NCBI GenBank assembly: GCA_951406725.2
Contig: OX597814.1
Coordinates: forward strand, 48,918,001 to 48,982,000
Origin: Octopus vulgaris
Lineage: Eukaryota
Direction of reading: 5' to 3'
DNA: 64,000 nucleotides
The notes beneath the pieces are model-generated. The model had not been told where the DNA came from and did not search any database. It worked only from the letters and a program-made list of their open reading frames with translations. The translations under genes and the position numbers were made by a program. Every line of letters begins with the position of its first letter. The stretch's first letter is position 1. Of the stretch, positions 1 through 13,625 are shown in pieces.

Positions 1-1884
1 CAAAAATAAAAATTCCTCAACGTGCTTAAAGCCAAAAGTAATTCTTTCCCCCACTTTGATAGCAGTCAACCACGTGTTCGTATGCATTTGATACTGCTTA
101 ATGGCTTTAGTTCTACATTAGTTCTAACTTATTTGAGGTAACAACATTAAGTCTATATCGTTACCAAGGGGAAAATCAACTTCTGAAGCAGGATACAAGG
201 AATATATGAGTGATCCTGCTCCAAAGTAAATCTTCCATTACAAAATGTTGTTTAAAAAGCTTTATCTTTCATCAGGCGGCGTAAAAAAAAAAGGATCTCG
301 TTCCTCTGCGACAAGCTGTCAGTTATGTGGTTAGATGTAAAACTACCCAGAATATAAGAATGTATAGAAAAAGAAACCCATTTTATATCGAACAGGTAGA
401 AACAATGTTTCGAGGAAAAGTTACGACAAATTGCTTAACATAGAATTAACTTACTAGAGTTATACATATTTTTTAACATACGTACTTCACAGAATTAGCC
501 TAATATATGACCTTTTTCTTTCACATCCATGTGCACGCGCGCACATAGCGTGCAGGAGAGAATGAGGATAGTAAGGATGTCGTTCCATCAAAACGGTATA
601 GGATGCTAAGCGTACCATGTACTATCGTTAAAATAATCTCAAAAAGGATTATTTAGGTTAGTGACTGTAAAATTCACTCAAAGTTTGTAGACTTCTGACC
701 ATGTTAAATATCATTGCTTATCGAAAATATTGAAAAAAAAAAACTAAAGTTTTTTAGTCTATTTTTGTTTAAGCCTCGAACTATTTGAATATTGTATAAA
801 AGGAATGTTGGAGATTAACACCGCTGTAAGATAGTTTGAGCACGAAATATATATATATATACCTAACTCTTCTGAGAGGTAACATTTTGTTAGCTACGTG
901 GCCTTTCACTGAGTTTTTGTTATCATCTTGTATTTCTGTGCTTGCTAACACGATAGATGAGAGGAATCATCTGTTTCGTAGAAACTCTTGGTTTATCTCT
1001 TGATATGCGTCAACCTTTGTCTGCAAATGCAGTTAACTAAGAAAATATTAATTCAAAGAGAAAGATTTGAACACTCTCTGTTCTAATCTACTTCCTCTTT
1101 TTCACTCCCTATCAGTCATCGTCCGTCCTACATTCTTGTACTACAATTAAACATACTAACGATTCAAAAAGAAAGTATGTTTTCATGACTTAATGATTAA
1201 GAGAAAGATAACCACATGCTTCCCTAGAAACATTTCAGTAAGCAGAATAAAACTACTTTCGTCCCCTCTCCCGAGATGCTACTCTAAAATTTGAAGGTTC
1301 AAATGGACCTCGAAACTTTCTGTTAAATCTTTTCAATAAAGATATGAATATCGAGTGAAATTTAAAGCTGTACGTTTCTCCTTTTTGTTTTTTGTTTTTG
1401 TAGAAATATATGATTAGTATAAAATATAAGCAAAGTAGACAGATTTTTATGCATGATTATGAATGTATGGTTGATTGAATATGGTAACTGATCTCAATGG
1501 CTGAGATGACTACTGGTAATTTTTTATGCGCACCAGAATGACCAAACATCAATACACTTATACAAATTAACGAGCTGCTTGTGAAACTATCTTTCCTAGT
1601 AGTTTTTACAGCGAAATTTCAAACACTATCAAAATCAATACTCAGTTTCGCATTTTGTATATTTTCATGAATATACTAAACTAACCTAATCTGAAGAATG
1701 ATTTGTATTGCAGTACTTTTCGTTTCGAAAATATCATTCAGAACTTCAGTGGAATCTTAAACGGAACATAATTCGAGCAATTTTAGATGCTCGAATATTT
1801 AAAATATTAATCTGACATACATAAAAATAAAACTCCGAAACTGAACACATCGAACAATATGTTAAAAGGTATTATTGTCGCACA

Positions 1885-2114
1885 GGCGGCGAGCTGGCTG
1901 AATCGTTAGCACGCCGGGCGAAATGCTCAGCGGTATTTCGTCTGCCGCTACGTTCTGAGTTCAAATTCCGCCGAGGTCGACTTTGCCTTTCATCCTTTCG
2001 GGGTCGATTAAATAAGTACCAGTTACACACTGGGGTCGATATAACCGACTTAATCCGTTTGTCTGTCCTTGTTTGTCCTCTCTATGTTTAGCCCCTTGTG
2101 GGTAGTAAAGAAAT
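1885..2114 (+). mobile_element. tRNA-derived SINE (type A here), full length with target-site duplication
   Basis: Head GGCGGCGAGCTGGC..GTTAGC (A-box-like), GAGTTCAAATTCC (B-box-like) and body GCCTTTCATCCTTTCGGGGTCGA recur many times in the window. Flanked by the direct repeat AGGTATTATTGTCGCACAGG (1867-1886, 2115-2134). Confidence 0.9.
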
Positions 2115-2137
2115 AGGTATTATTGTCGCACAGGTCA

Positions 2138-2357
2138 AAGTGGTAAGTTGGCAGATTCGTTAGCGCGCCGGGCAAAATGCTTAGCAGAATTTCGTCCGTT
2201 CTTTACGTTCTGAGTTGAAATTCCGCCGAGATCGACTTTGCCTTTCATTCTTACGGTGGTCGATAAAATAAGTACTAGTTGAGCACTAGGGTTGATGTAA
2301 TCAACTTACGCCCTTTCTCAAAATTGCTGGCCTTGTGACAGACTTTAAAACCAATAT
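2138..2357 (+). mobile_element. SINE type A, older copy with alternative 3' tail
   Basis: Aligns by eye to 1885-2040 (GTTAGCGCGCCGGGCAAAATGCTTAGC...GACTTTGCCTTTCAT). Confidence 0.85.
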
Positions 2358-2479
2358 TACACAGGTTGAAATGATCCGCTCGTTTCATAGTAGACATGTG
2401 TCAATATAAACTACCCCGCCTCCAAAATAATAGACATGAGGAGCTAAATATTTGCTTTTTGCCAATCTTTGTAAATTAA

Positions 2480-2700
2480 TGGTTTCTAATTTTGGCACAA
2501 GACGTTAATTTTGAGGAAAGAAGATTAGTTGATTATATCAACTCCAGTACTTAAATGGTATTTTATTTTATCGATCTCAAAAGGAAAAGAGGTAAAATTG
2601 ACATTGGAGGGATTTAAACCCAAAACGTAAAGGATCCGGGTGAAATAACGTAAAGTCTTTTATCCGACAGCCTAAAGATTCTGCCATCTACCGTCCTTAG
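2480..2700 (-). mobile_element. SINE type A, degenerate
   Basis: Reverse complement of the 2138-2357 type (TTTGGCACAAG...GATTATATCAACTCCAGTACT...GATTCTGCCA). Confidence 0.7.
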
Positions 2701-3277
2701 CCATTATAAAATAGTACAATGAAAAGAGACTGTGAGATTGTTGTTTTTGTCGGGAGGAGGTATCCGTAATATATTCACCGAACTGGTGTACTAGTTAAAA
2801 CCACCGTCTTATTGATCTTGAGTAATATCCATAAGATCTTTGCATAGTCTTTGAAACTGAAGAAAGGGAGGAAGGGTGAAAGAAACCACAACTCGTTGGT
2901 AGAAAATAATGCATCAGGATAACAAGTTATCCTTTGATCCAGAACCTGAACAGAATGTTTGTAACATGGTGGATTCCGTTAAGGGCATCTAAAGGTCATG
3001 TGATGGTGTTAAACTGGGCGACGCATTCAGCCTCCAAGCCGGATGAGTGTATTGTTAATGTATATCGAAATTAAATTCAAGAATAATTTCAAATAACGAT
3101 TCTGACGTGAACGATACACATTGGCCATACATTAACAGCCTTTGTATGTTATTGAATGGCTGACGTGTCTTCCACGTTACAATCGTTTTAGTTTCGACAC
3201 ACAGTCGCAGATCAAATCACTTGGCTATCAATTACACCTCCGTACCTTTAAATACTTCAGAAAGACGTGAGCAACTA

Positions 3278-3799
3278 CCGTAAATTCTCGAGTATAATCC
3301 GCATCTTTTCCCAAAATTTAGAGGTCAAAATCCCTAGTGCGTACTATATACGAGGTTTAAAAATGAAAAACATTTTCTAAGCAATGTCCGAGTCTCTATT
3401 TGCTGTCCGGCAATGTTTATTCAAACGCATTTTGTGATGTCGGGCGCGAAAATACCTTAAGCTAAGCCTGAAAGCAATGAAGTCATAAAAGAATCATCCA
3501 TAACTTGCAGTAAGCAACATTTATTAAAATAAAAGTATTCAGAACAGAAAATAACATATGACAAAAACAATTTGCAAACATATTTACATTCCCATATAAC
3601 AGTTAAGAACATCACCATCATTGTATTACGCATGCGCGGAAGTGTTTGTTCGACTAGGTGCTGCTGGCTTAATTACGCACGACTCAAGTTAGAGAAGGAG
3701 TGCGTATTATACACAAGGATTAGGTTTTTCAGAAGTACAACCCCCTAAAAATTTCCTGCGTATTATACTCAAGGGCGGACTATACTCGAAGCTTTACGG
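3278..3799. mobile_element. Non-autonomous Tc1/mariner-superfamily (pogo/Tc2-like) MITE
   Basis: TA|CCGTAAATTCTCGAGTATAATCCGC ... GCGGACTATACTCGAAGCTTTACGG|TA: ~25-bp imperfect TIRs with TA duplication. Subterminal repeats of TGCGTAYTATAY. No ORF. Confidence 0.8.
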
Positions 3800-4374
3800 T
3801 ACTCTGTTATTGATCAATTGATCAGTTTCGATGCCAATGCATGGTATTTAGCACCACTAAATGAGTCCTTCTTTTAGGAAACTAGAAAGATTCGTTAATG
3901 GGATATAAGATTCATTAATAAGATACCACATGCTGATTACATATGTTTACATAATTTTTAATCGCAGATGTAGCAAGTGATAGTTAACAAAACCAAAAGC
4001 CTAATGAGAGTCGTCTCCACGTCTCCATGTTGTTGAAGTCGGTGTATTTACATCTACAGCATTAGCTTTCTAACAGGATACACTTCTCACCTTCAAATTT
4101 GTGTAAGCGCACGGGGAGCCCAAGAATGTTTTTAATCCCACGCTGGCATATTTTTCATATTTTACTATGATAAAATATATTTAATGTTTCAACCTTAATT
4201 TAACCCTCACCGACGAGAAATGAAACGCACATTCAAGTGTTGACGATACCGCTTTGGGGTTTTTGCCTTCTTTTTTTTTTAATAAATGAATGATCGGAAG
4301 TCTCTTCTATTAGGATAAGAGTAGCTTAAGTATTTGTATGCAGTAAGAGATAAAGAGAAGTGGGTAGAGGTGAT

Positions 4375-4490
4375 GTATATACGCACGCGCGTATGTGTGT
4401 ATGCGTGAGTGTGCGCGTTTTGTGAGTGTGTGTGTGCGTATGAGTGTGTGCGCGTTTTGTATGTGTGAGTGTATGTGTGTGTTTGTGTGT
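4375..4490. repeat. Imperfect (TG)n/(CG)n microsatellite
   Basis: Directly visible; explains the H/T-rich ORFs at 4310-4558. Confidence 0.9.
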
Positions 4491-4598
4491 TTTGCAGATG
4501 TACGAGGAAAGATTTTTATACAACAGACTATAAAAAAGAATAAAAGGATGAATAACAATAGTGAATATCGCTAAGTGGCTAATATTATACTCCTCAAA

Positions 4599-4955
4599 GG
4601 CGGCGAGCTGGCAGAATCGATAGCACGCCGGACGAAATGCGTTGCCGTATTTCGTCTGCCGTTACGTTCTGAGTTCAAATTCCGCTGAGGTCGACTTTGC
4701 CTTTCATCCTTTCGGGGTCGATAAATTAAGTACCAGTCACGCACTGTGGTCGATATAATCGACTTAATCCGTTTGTCTGTCCTCGTTTGTCCCCTCTGTG
4801 TTTAGCCCCTTGTGGGTAGTAAAGAAATAGGTATTTCGTCTGTCTTTATGTTCTGAGTTCAAATACCGCCGAGGTTGACTTTGCCTTTCATCCTTTCGTG
4901 GTGGATAAATTAAGTCCCAGTTGCGTACTGGGGTCGATCTAATCGACTGGCTCCC
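4599..4955 (+). mobile_element. SINE type A followed by a head-truncated second copy
   Basis: Full copy 4599-4830. The sequence then restarts at GGTATTTCGTCTG (4830) and repeats the B-box and body to ~4955. Confidence 0.88.
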
Positions 4956-5659
4956 TCACACACACACACAAACCAACACACATACACATGCACACATACA
5001 TAAACACGTATATCACATGACCACATTTTAGACAAAGTCGTCCGCTGGATACACAAACAATTATTCTCCTGAACATTACACCATTGTGTCCACCCATGCA
5101 CTGCTTCCTGTTCTTCGCCCCTGATACCTTTATCACTACTCCAACGGTCGCTGCTTTTAATTTGTTGATTATCTGCTACCTCTACCCTGACACATTTGAT
5201 ATTTCAACCCCTTCTCGTTATCCCGACAGATTTTAACTCATACTCTTTACTAACCACTTTTGCCAATCTCTTTTTCCCAAGAATTGCTCGCTTCGGGAGT
5301 TTCTTCATATTCATGTTTCCGCTTACCGCTTCTCTATCTAACATCGAAACACTTTTATCATAGCCTTACATCAGATCAGCTATATATTCTTTCGTTTGAG
5401 TATTTGTTTTGCAAGATTCTTGATGTCAATTGTCATCTTTGGCGATGGTCATTTTGCCAGTGAACACACGCAATATTTATTTGATCTCTGCTTTAGCTTT
5501 ATTATTATCATTAGTCTATTTGTAAGAGTTTTTTCGCCACACATTCTGTGACCGCTTCAATAATCATCTGTTGTTCTAATCTCTTCTTCTCTCCGATCTT
5601 ATCCTGTCTATCCCATCTTGTCTGTGTTCACTTACCCTCTCTCCTAGGATAAGTAGATA

Positions 5660-6765
5660 CCGGCGGGAACTCAAGGAGGAAAAAGCTCGTCAGTGCCATA
5701 CCAACAGACTGTATATGAAAAGAAAGAATAGTGGCAGAGGATTAATTAGTATAGGCCATTGTATAAGGAGTGAAAGGAGAACGCTTGCCGAGTATTGATA
5801 AATAGTGATGAAGACCTGCTGCAATATGCCGCGAAAGATATGGATGTAAATGCAGATGAAATGATGGGCAAGGCAGTGTTTAACCAAAGAGCTAAGGAGA
5901 AGAGAAAAGAAGACATTCTTGAAATGAGAATGTATGGACAGTTTGAAAGGAACACACAAGACATTAAGGATAATACAGCATCGTGGGCATGGCTTGAGCA
6001 AGGTGATTTGAACCATGCCACTGAAAGCTTGATCATTGCTGCACAAGACCAGGCTCTCGCTACTAATTCAGGGAAGTATAACATCTATAAAACTTCTGAC
6101 ACCCAGAAATGCAGACTCTGTGGAAAGAGTATGGAAAATATGACCCACTTAGTAAGTGAATGTGAGAACCTTGCACAAAAAGAATACAAACGTTGTCACG
6201 ATAAATTGTGTGTGTATCTCCATTGGTTCTTATGTCGTAAATACCAGTATGGAGTAACAGAGAACTGGTATGAGCATGTACCAAGTAAAGTTATGGAGGA
6301 GGGGGTGGAAAAGTAACGATACTCTGGGACTATGATTTTCAGGCAGATCGTTTAATCGAACATCGTCAGCCGGATATTGTCATATTGAATAAGAGAGATA
6401 AATAATGTCAGATGATTGATGTAGCCATACCAAATGACATGAATGTTGTGACTAAAGTGGTTGAAAAAATCACCAAGTACTTCGAATTGAAAGTGGAAAT
6501 GGCAAGATTGTATGGAATGCAAGAGGGTAATGTAAAAGTAATACCACTGGTGATCGGAGCTTGGGCTCAATCCCATTGAAACTTCAAGATTTCTTAAGGC
6601 AACTGGAAATTCTATGCAAGATTGATGTCTTGCAAAAAGCAGCCTTATTGGGCACAGCCCACATCTTAAGAAAAGTATTATCTGTCTGAGGTCCTTGTTG
6701 TGACTTGACAGATGAGTAAAGACACCGGTGCATTTTTACCTACACTGTATTACGAAATAATAATG

Positions 6766-6823
<58 letters not shown>
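5660..6823 (+). mobile_element. 5'-truncated R4/Dong-like non-LTR retrotransposon (CCHC finger plus restriction-like endonuclease), decayed
   Basis: RLYMKRKNSGRGL..., ESLIIAAQDQAL, CRLCGKSMENMTHLVSEC (CCHC), RCHD, WYEHVP; after a frameshift ILWDYDFQADRLIEHRQPDIV..IDVAIP (PD..D RLE motif) and LQKAALLGTAHILRK*. Ends in a (TAA)n tract at ~6756-6823. Confidence 0.9.
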
Positions 6824-6825
<2 letters not shown>

Positions 6826-7267
6826 TACAGCAAATATTCTGCTTAATACTACAGATTTGCTTGTCAGTTGCTTGACCTTAACCAGTTGAGCATGTCCCTT
6901 AGTGGCTGACAATATGTGCATCTCTGATCACGAGCAGAAGTAGTGGGGGAGCATCATAGCCATGTGTTAAGAGGGATTTGGGGGGGTTTGAATAATTCAC
7001 TTCTGGAAACATGGGTGTTTTGTTCAACTTTCTTAAACAACCCTTATTCAGGGACCTTTTGAGTGGGATGGGCTACTCGACCTGAAGAAAATTCTTACTG
7101 GGCCCCACCTGCAAGGTCATGTGCTGTTTATCTTGATATGAGATCACCATGTCACGCACATTATGGGTGTGTTGCATGTGCCTCGTGTACCCTTATCAGA
7201 CGGGTAGTCATGATGGATATACTGGACTTCGTATATGTTACCCCAGTGTCACTTTGTCATAGCATGC

Positions 7268-7345
<78 letters not shown>
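6824..7345. repeat. Probable interspersed repeat bounded by (TAA)n and (CT)n(TAA)n tracts
   Basis: GC-richer non-coding block between two microsatellites. Single copy in this window, so the family is not assigned. Confidence 0.4.
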
Positions 7346-7348
<3 letters not shown>

Positions 7349-8039
7349 TTTACTCTTTAACACCGTTATTGGACTTCGGTCATATTCGAGCAATATCTTT
7401 GATCCCACTTGTAGAATTGTACTTATTTAATTGGCCTCGGAGGGACGAAATTCAATGTCAGTTAGTGTAACATTTGAACTAAGGTATATAGGTCACTACT
7501 ATCTATAATGTCCACATGCAACTGTGCTGCTGCTCTGATGTTCTACAAACAAATAAACAAATACCACGACATACTGTGTCCGAAATTCTGCCGTTTCTGC
7601 CTTCCATTAATTTACATCATACTCTGCACAATCTTCAATGAACAGAAAAAGAAGGCAAGAGACAGAGTCATCAAAGTTGCTTATTCAAAAAGTATTGAGA
7701 GAAAAACTAAAATAGACGTCATGGTGATGTCTCAGCATGACCACAGATGTAAGGTCGAAATTAATACAAAGATTGAATAAACTCTAGGGACAGGGTATAG
7801 GAATGTGAACACTGGATAAAATGTGCAATAGAATTTTGAGTTATATCTGACTGCACAAACGCATGTAATTTCGAAATTTTCAATTTATGAAATAATATCA
7901 ATGAAGATTAGTTTTCAAATACGTATATTTTTTTGCATGAAATGTAATATGACTGCTAATATAAATTAAAGAATTATTAGTTGGAAGAAATTAATATTCG
8001 TGTAATTATACATTCATATATAAACATATACTTATGCTT

Positions 8040-8087
8040 ATGTACGTGTGTGTGTGTGTATATGTGTGTATGTGTGTGTGTGTGTGT

Positions 8088-8130
<43 letters not shown>
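8040..8130. repeat. (TG)n microsatellite
   Basis: Directly visible. Confidence 0.95.
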
Positions 8131-8131
<1 letters not shown>

Positions 8132-8615
8132 AGACACTCACATATTCTTTCATAGTTTTCAGCCACTCGGCTGTGTCAATGTTGTGGAACCACCATGTTA
8201 CCAGCATTAGCTTGGCGCTAATTAAATATGATACATGTGTATGTGTGTGCATGTTTATATGTTTATATATATATATATATATACAAAATAAGAAAATGAA
8301 GGAATAGATTTCTTTCAATCATCAACTACTAGATAATACCAATTCATATAATTTATTCATATAAATTATTAGCCTTTCTGGGTACTTTACTGGCAGTATA
8401 TTGGATAAATGATATCCCATAGTGGGTTACACTCATAACCCCTATCTCACTTTGTAATTTTATATATATATGACTGAAACAAATAAAAGAATATATGTAT
8501 GTATGTGTGTGTATGTATGTATATATGTATAATATATAATATACATATAATGTGTAATACATATATAATAACATTTACAATATACATAATAATATATAAT
8601 ATATATATATAATTT

Positions 8616-8616
<1 letters not shown>

Positions 8617-8697
<81 letters not shown>
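8617..8697. repeat. (GATA)n microsatellite, ~20 units
   Basis: Directly visible. Confidence 0.95.
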
Positions 8698-9754
8698 GCC
8701 TATAAATATATACACATAACATATGCACACCACATTGAGGAAATTATTACACTCTGTGGCTCTCTGATGTGAAGGAAGCGTGTCGGTAACACAATGTTCT
8801 TATAATACGAAGATTTGCGTTCACTCGAGTATAGTCTCTGTACAATAATTGATGAGTGTTTGTGGTCTGGAATACTCTTTATTACCTTCAAATCGAAATT
8901 TTATCCTGTTATCAAAACCTGAATCATGGGATCGTATTACTCTACTACAAACTCTGCCTTTTGAACATTCTAACATCTTAATACATCGAATTGATTATAA
9001 TGCCGTTAATTAGACGTGAATTTTTCTGTGCAGTCGAAAAGTTTCATTCCTCACCTAACTCAGATAGCTTATTGGATAAACGAAACCATATTCCCTGATA
9101 TTCCCTTACGCAACTAGCATCGTTATTCAACGGACATAAAAAAACAATATTTGGTGGGAAGAATTCACCTACCACCTCACCGCGATGAAAGAGTCTGTTT
9201 ATGGTCACTTAACTAGCTAGAAATAGCCGCTAAATGTTCTCCAGGTCATATCTCATGGTCTTTAATAAAGAAGTACACACTGAATTATGTAAATAATGCT
9301 TATAAAAAGATATGCGTAAGAAGATCGCGACTGGAACGCTTTTAATCATAAGACTTCTCAATCAACACTGACCGAGGAACTACATGCAACAACAATCTTT
9401 GGAAGATTACCATCGCTCTGCAAGTTTTCTCGTTTGACGGGAGTTGCTCTGGCTCCTAGAAAAGAGGATCCAACGCACACTCCAAGCGAGAAAACTTCTA
9501 GAAACAATTCATTTTGAAAAAGAGACATGTAGTTGTGACGAGTATTATTTTCAAAATCGCACTTGGACTGGTTCTTATTCTTACTATGTCCTCCAATCTT
9601 TCTCTCTTTACGGTACCAACACACATTCATAGAAACAAGCGCACCACCCTTGAGAAGAGAAACTCTTTTCATCTTGCCAGTTATTGACTTTTTGCTCTTC
9701 CTTCCATAATCTCAAAAACACACGAGACAATCTTAAAAGATCGCCTATTATATT

Positions 9755-9968
9755 GGTTCCAAATTTTTACATAAGGCCAGCAATTTCGGAGGAGTAGGGT
9801 TAGTTGATTACATCGACCCTAGTGCTCATCTGGTACTTCTTTTACCGACCCCGAAAAGATGAAAGGCAAAGTTGACATCGGCGGAATTTGAACTCGGAAC
9901 GCAAAGACGGACGAAATGTCGCTAGGCATTTTGCCCGGCATGCTAAAGATTCTGCCATTTCGCCGCCT
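9755..9968 (-). mobile_element. SINE type A
   Basis: CGACCCCGAAAAGATGAAAGGCAAAGTTGAC..GGCGGAATTTGAACTC..GATTCTGCCATTTCGCCGCC is the reverse complement of the type A consensus. Confidence 0.88.
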
Positions 9969-10439
9969 GATGATCTTGGAAATTTCGATGAAACTGTTTG
10001 CGGGGAAAGCCTGGTGGAAAAATTGAAATTCATATCTCGCGTATTGGAATTTTCTCGCCAGACTGTTCTAAAACAGCATGATATATTTTACCACGAGTTG
10101 TAAGGTCCCTTACCCACAAAACTTTGCATCAACCATTTCTCCCCAAACTCTATCACAAAAATTACAACTTTGTGAATCTACGTTCTTACGTTTTCTTAGA
10201 GACATCAATATAAAGAGATTTGCGCAAAACAGTTTTCACCTCATTAGTTTAGAAGAGGTTTGGGCACTTTTCTTCTCCCTAAAATGTAATTAAAATATAC
10301 ACATTCCTATATGATTTTTAAAACAATAGGTCATAAATAGATTTCCACTAGTTAATAACTGATTCCCTACATTGTGATTGTGAGAATGACAAGAATTATC
10401 TGCTCACTTTAGTTTTGAAAGCCTGCATCTCGTCGACCG

Positions 10440-11640
10440 AGACGGCTCTATTGATCTTCATACTGCGATGGTTGCATTACTCTGCGTTCTGATAGACTGT
10501 GACAGTTGTGCACTTTGTGAAGTACTTTGACAACAGCAATCTATCTTCCAATGATAATGAGTTATTTTCTTGCAATATTCGCTCCGCCAACTTCAACAAC
10601 TTAATGAATTAATTGTGTTTTGTGAGGTATTCATCTGTAAGAGACAGATAACTTTGGACTGCTTCGGATTTGTTCTTTGTAAACTTCGACTCTTCCTCTT
10701 TTTCAGCTTGCCATTTTTAAAACGCCACAAGCCTCTGTGCAGCTCTATAACATGTAGGAGAGATATGTTCATCCTACATCAGCTTTCTGTTTATGGTTAC
10801 ACCTAGAATGTAGAGGTTTTTTTTTCATTGATAGTCTATAATTCACAAAGTGTGTGCAAAATTTTATAAGTTTCTTTCGTTTTATTTTGATACCCCAAAT
10901 ATTACTTTACAATCGTCTCTCCAGATTTTCACTTTACTGACAAGTATATTATGAAGTTAACTGCAGCCGCACTGGTCTCTCTTCAGGGAGAATACTGAAA
11001 ATAAAAGTGGCGTAAGAATTGAACTGATGTATTAATGACTCACTTGAAACGGTGATCTTAATGGATCTCCAATTAAGATAGCTTTAAATCCGTGCTAGCA
11101 GTTTATCACTTATTTCCTTGGATTCCAATTTAGAGCAAAATTTGTTGGGCTAAAGGCTCTGTGAAAAGCTCCTTTCACGTCTAGGACCATGACACATGAC
11201 TTTTAACCTACGTGAAGCTAGTTAGAAAAGGATAGTCAGAAATTCTGTTGCGTTATGGTTTGGTCGGAAGCCGCATTGACTTTTAGAGGTAAGATGATGC
11301 TTTAGTAAATAGCTTTTGTTACTTTCATGATGATGTTAATAGAAGAGTATTTTGATGGATCGGTTCGAGAATACTTCGTATGTATAGGAATCTAATAAGC
11401 AGTTTTCAAATACACCACATGTGAAGCAAAGGTGAAATCAGAATCACAGGGGTCTGGCTAGTTTTGTGCAACTTTTCTTCAGAATTCTAGCGGGAATCAG
11501 ATTAGACACCTGTGGTATATCAGTTTGAGGTCCTGCATTAGCTTCGTGATAATTTTTGCATTGAAAACCACTGTCTTTAGTAATATATGAGAAGAGTGCT
11601 TGTTTAATGGTGGCTGGTTGTCAATATTACGGTCCCGATA
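10440..11640 (-). mobile_element. Old CR1/L2-group LINE reverse-transcriptase remnant
   Basis: Manual minus-strand translation gives, in the expected order, IPARILKKSCTKLARPL, SQCGFRPNH, VMVLDVKGAF, LGVTINRKLM*DEHIS..RAAQRL and YKEQIRS, with many stops and frameshifts. Confidence 0.75.
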
Positions 11641-11814
11641 CTTCTCTGTAAAAGCCTATATACATAGCGACTTGGTACGGACGATATTTATCGACTTCCA
11701 TTTTAATTGTAAAAACCTACTGCATTTCTATAAATGTTTAAGCGCCTTATTGTGCATTTAACTGATACGTATTTAAGTTTTTTCTCCTCAGATTTGTAGT
11801 TTAATATTGTCAAC

Positions 11815-11930
11815 TGTGTTTGGGTAGTCAAGGACTTCACTTCGCAACTGTAAATGTTTGGGACCGGTCCCACTGTATTCACTTTGGTCAAGCGTCTTCT
11901 GTTATAGCCTCGAGTCGATCAAAGACTTAT
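11815..11930 (+). mobile_element. SINE type B 5' fragment, degenerate
   Basis: GGTCCCACTG...TTTGGTCAAGCGTCTTCTGTTATAGCCTCG matches the type B head/CORE-like segment. Confidence 0.6.
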
Positions 11931-12231
11931 GAAAGACATTTTGTGGGCGCAAATTATGTGGAAGCTTGGCAGAGAGACAATTCTTGTTCTTGGGTAGTAG
12001 ATATAATTCGTCATTGAGATTAACGCTACTGAGGTGAAACTAAATCTCAACTGCACCGATCTCCGCAATCTAGAAAAGCCTATGAAGAGCTTACATCCTT
12101 CCCCCTTTCCTGACGATTAAAAATTGAAAAGAAAAATGGTATCAAACAATCATAACAATGAGCTGTTTGAAACGCTTCACACTTCCCCTATTTCATAAAT
12201 ATGGCCAAAATCAGCATTGTTCAATTTCTAT

Positions 12232-12643
12232 ACTCTTTTACTCTTTTTTTATTTGTTTCAGTCATTTGACTGCGGCCATGCTGGAGCACCGCCTTTAGTC
12301 GAGCAAATCGACCCCGGGACTTATTCTTTGTAAGCCCAGTACTTATTCTATCGGTCTCTTTTGCCGAACCGCTAAGTGACGAGGACGTAAATATACCAGC
12401 ATCGGTTGTCAAGCAATGCTAGGGGGACAAACACAGACACACAAACACACACACACATACATATATATATATACATATACGACAGGCTTCTTTCAGTTTC
12501 CGTCTACCAAATCCACTCACAAGGCATTGGTCGGTCCGGGGCTATAGCAGAAGACACTTGCCCAAGATGCCACGCAGTGGGACTGAACCCGGAACCATGT
12601 GGTTGGTTAGCAAGCTACTTACCACACAGCCACTCCTGCGCCT
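12232..12643 (-). mobile_element. tRNA-derived CORE-like SINE (type B), full length
   Basis: Minus strand GGCGCAGGAGTGGCTGTGTGGTAAG..GGGTTCAGTCCC..TTGGGCAAGTGTCTT; internal (TA/TG)n; 3' tail (AAAAGAGT)n. Near-identical copies at 21582-21958 and 24133-24524. Confidence 0.9.
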
Positions 12644-12646
12644 ATA

Positions 12647-12710
<64 letters not shown>

Positions 12711-13019
12711 GCGTGCGTGGGTATGGATTTACATTTTGCCTGAAAGCGATTAACTTTTTCCATATTTGAAATACGTTTTTCAAATGCTAAATATTTTAAT
12801 GTTACATGCTTATATCTTAAAAGCATTATTTAGAATCAGATTTATATATTGTCTGTTTATATATGACACAGTGATATCACAAATCATCTGAAATTTAAAA
12901 ATCATTTCAAACTGTTGAATGAACACAGTGCAATGTATTAAATTTCGAACCCCCTGATTGAAAATATTCAAATACTTTCACACGACACTCAACTGATTAC
13001 AAGCTGTCTATGAGTCACG

Positions 13020-13335
13020 TTTGAACCACATCATCTTCTGCACTCTGTCCTTTAGTTCTAATTTTATCAAATTCGCAAAAACGAGCTGATTCATGTAATC
13101 TTTCAGAATAACCTTCAATAGATTCAGCTAGATTCTAATGTTGTGATAAGAATATGGCAATTATCAATTCCTTTTGGGGACTGACTGATGACATTATCGC
13201 AGGTCTTATACTGCTAAAATTCATTATTTCGAATTCTGGAAGGTTTCACAGTTAGCGAAACTTCTCGAATAACCGCCATATCTCCCTCATATCTGAGTCA
13301 TCAAGTGGAAATTTTTTGTTGTAATTGCCACCATG
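13020..13335 (-). mobile_element. Ty3/Gypsy-like gag remnant
   Basis: Manual translation ..PQKELIIAIFLSQH*NLAESIEGYSERLHESARFCEFDKI.. resembles the retrotransposon gag Q..ES...Y..RL...A..CEF motif. Decayed, and no LTRs seen. Confidence 0.55.
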
Positions 13336-13484
13336 TTATACAAATGTAGTTGCACGCGATCTTTTCTCTATACCCAACTGAACTGATAAACTGTTTCATC
13401 AAACTAGCAGTTACTTAAAACAGAATATGAGATCACACAAAATACACGCAATGATATTAGCATAACATTGATATCACAGGCAAT

Positions 13485-13612
13485 GTTATGTGTGTGTGTT
13501 CGTGTGTGTGTGCGTGTGTGTGTGTGCGTGTGTGCGCGCGCGATGCGTGCGTGCGTGCTTGCGTGCGTGCGTGCTTGCGTGCGTGCGTGCGTGTGAGTGT
13601 GTGTGTGTGTGA
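13485..13612. repeat. (TG)n/(TGCG)n compound microsatellite
   Basis: Directly visible. Confidence 0.9.
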
Positions 13613-13625
13613 ATATACATAGGTA

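Noticed and set aside
180-260. Minus-strand GRFTLEQDH resembling the Gypsy RNase H FTL.TDH motif
   Set aside because: Single short motif with no supporting flanking similarity.
1885-2114. SINE heads as genuine tRNA genes
   Set aside because: A/B boxes are present, but there is no closed cloverleaf. The heads continue into a shared repeat body with TSDs.
5795-6316. 173-aa ORF as a host zinc-finger gene
   Set aside because: It is part of a frameshifted RLE LINE with a TAA tail.
9358-9710. 104-aa minus-strand ORF preceded by DYGRKSK (tubulin-like heptapeptide)
   Set aside because: Wrong strand for the tubulin gene, similarity ends after a few residues, and there is no recognisable domain or clear splice structure.
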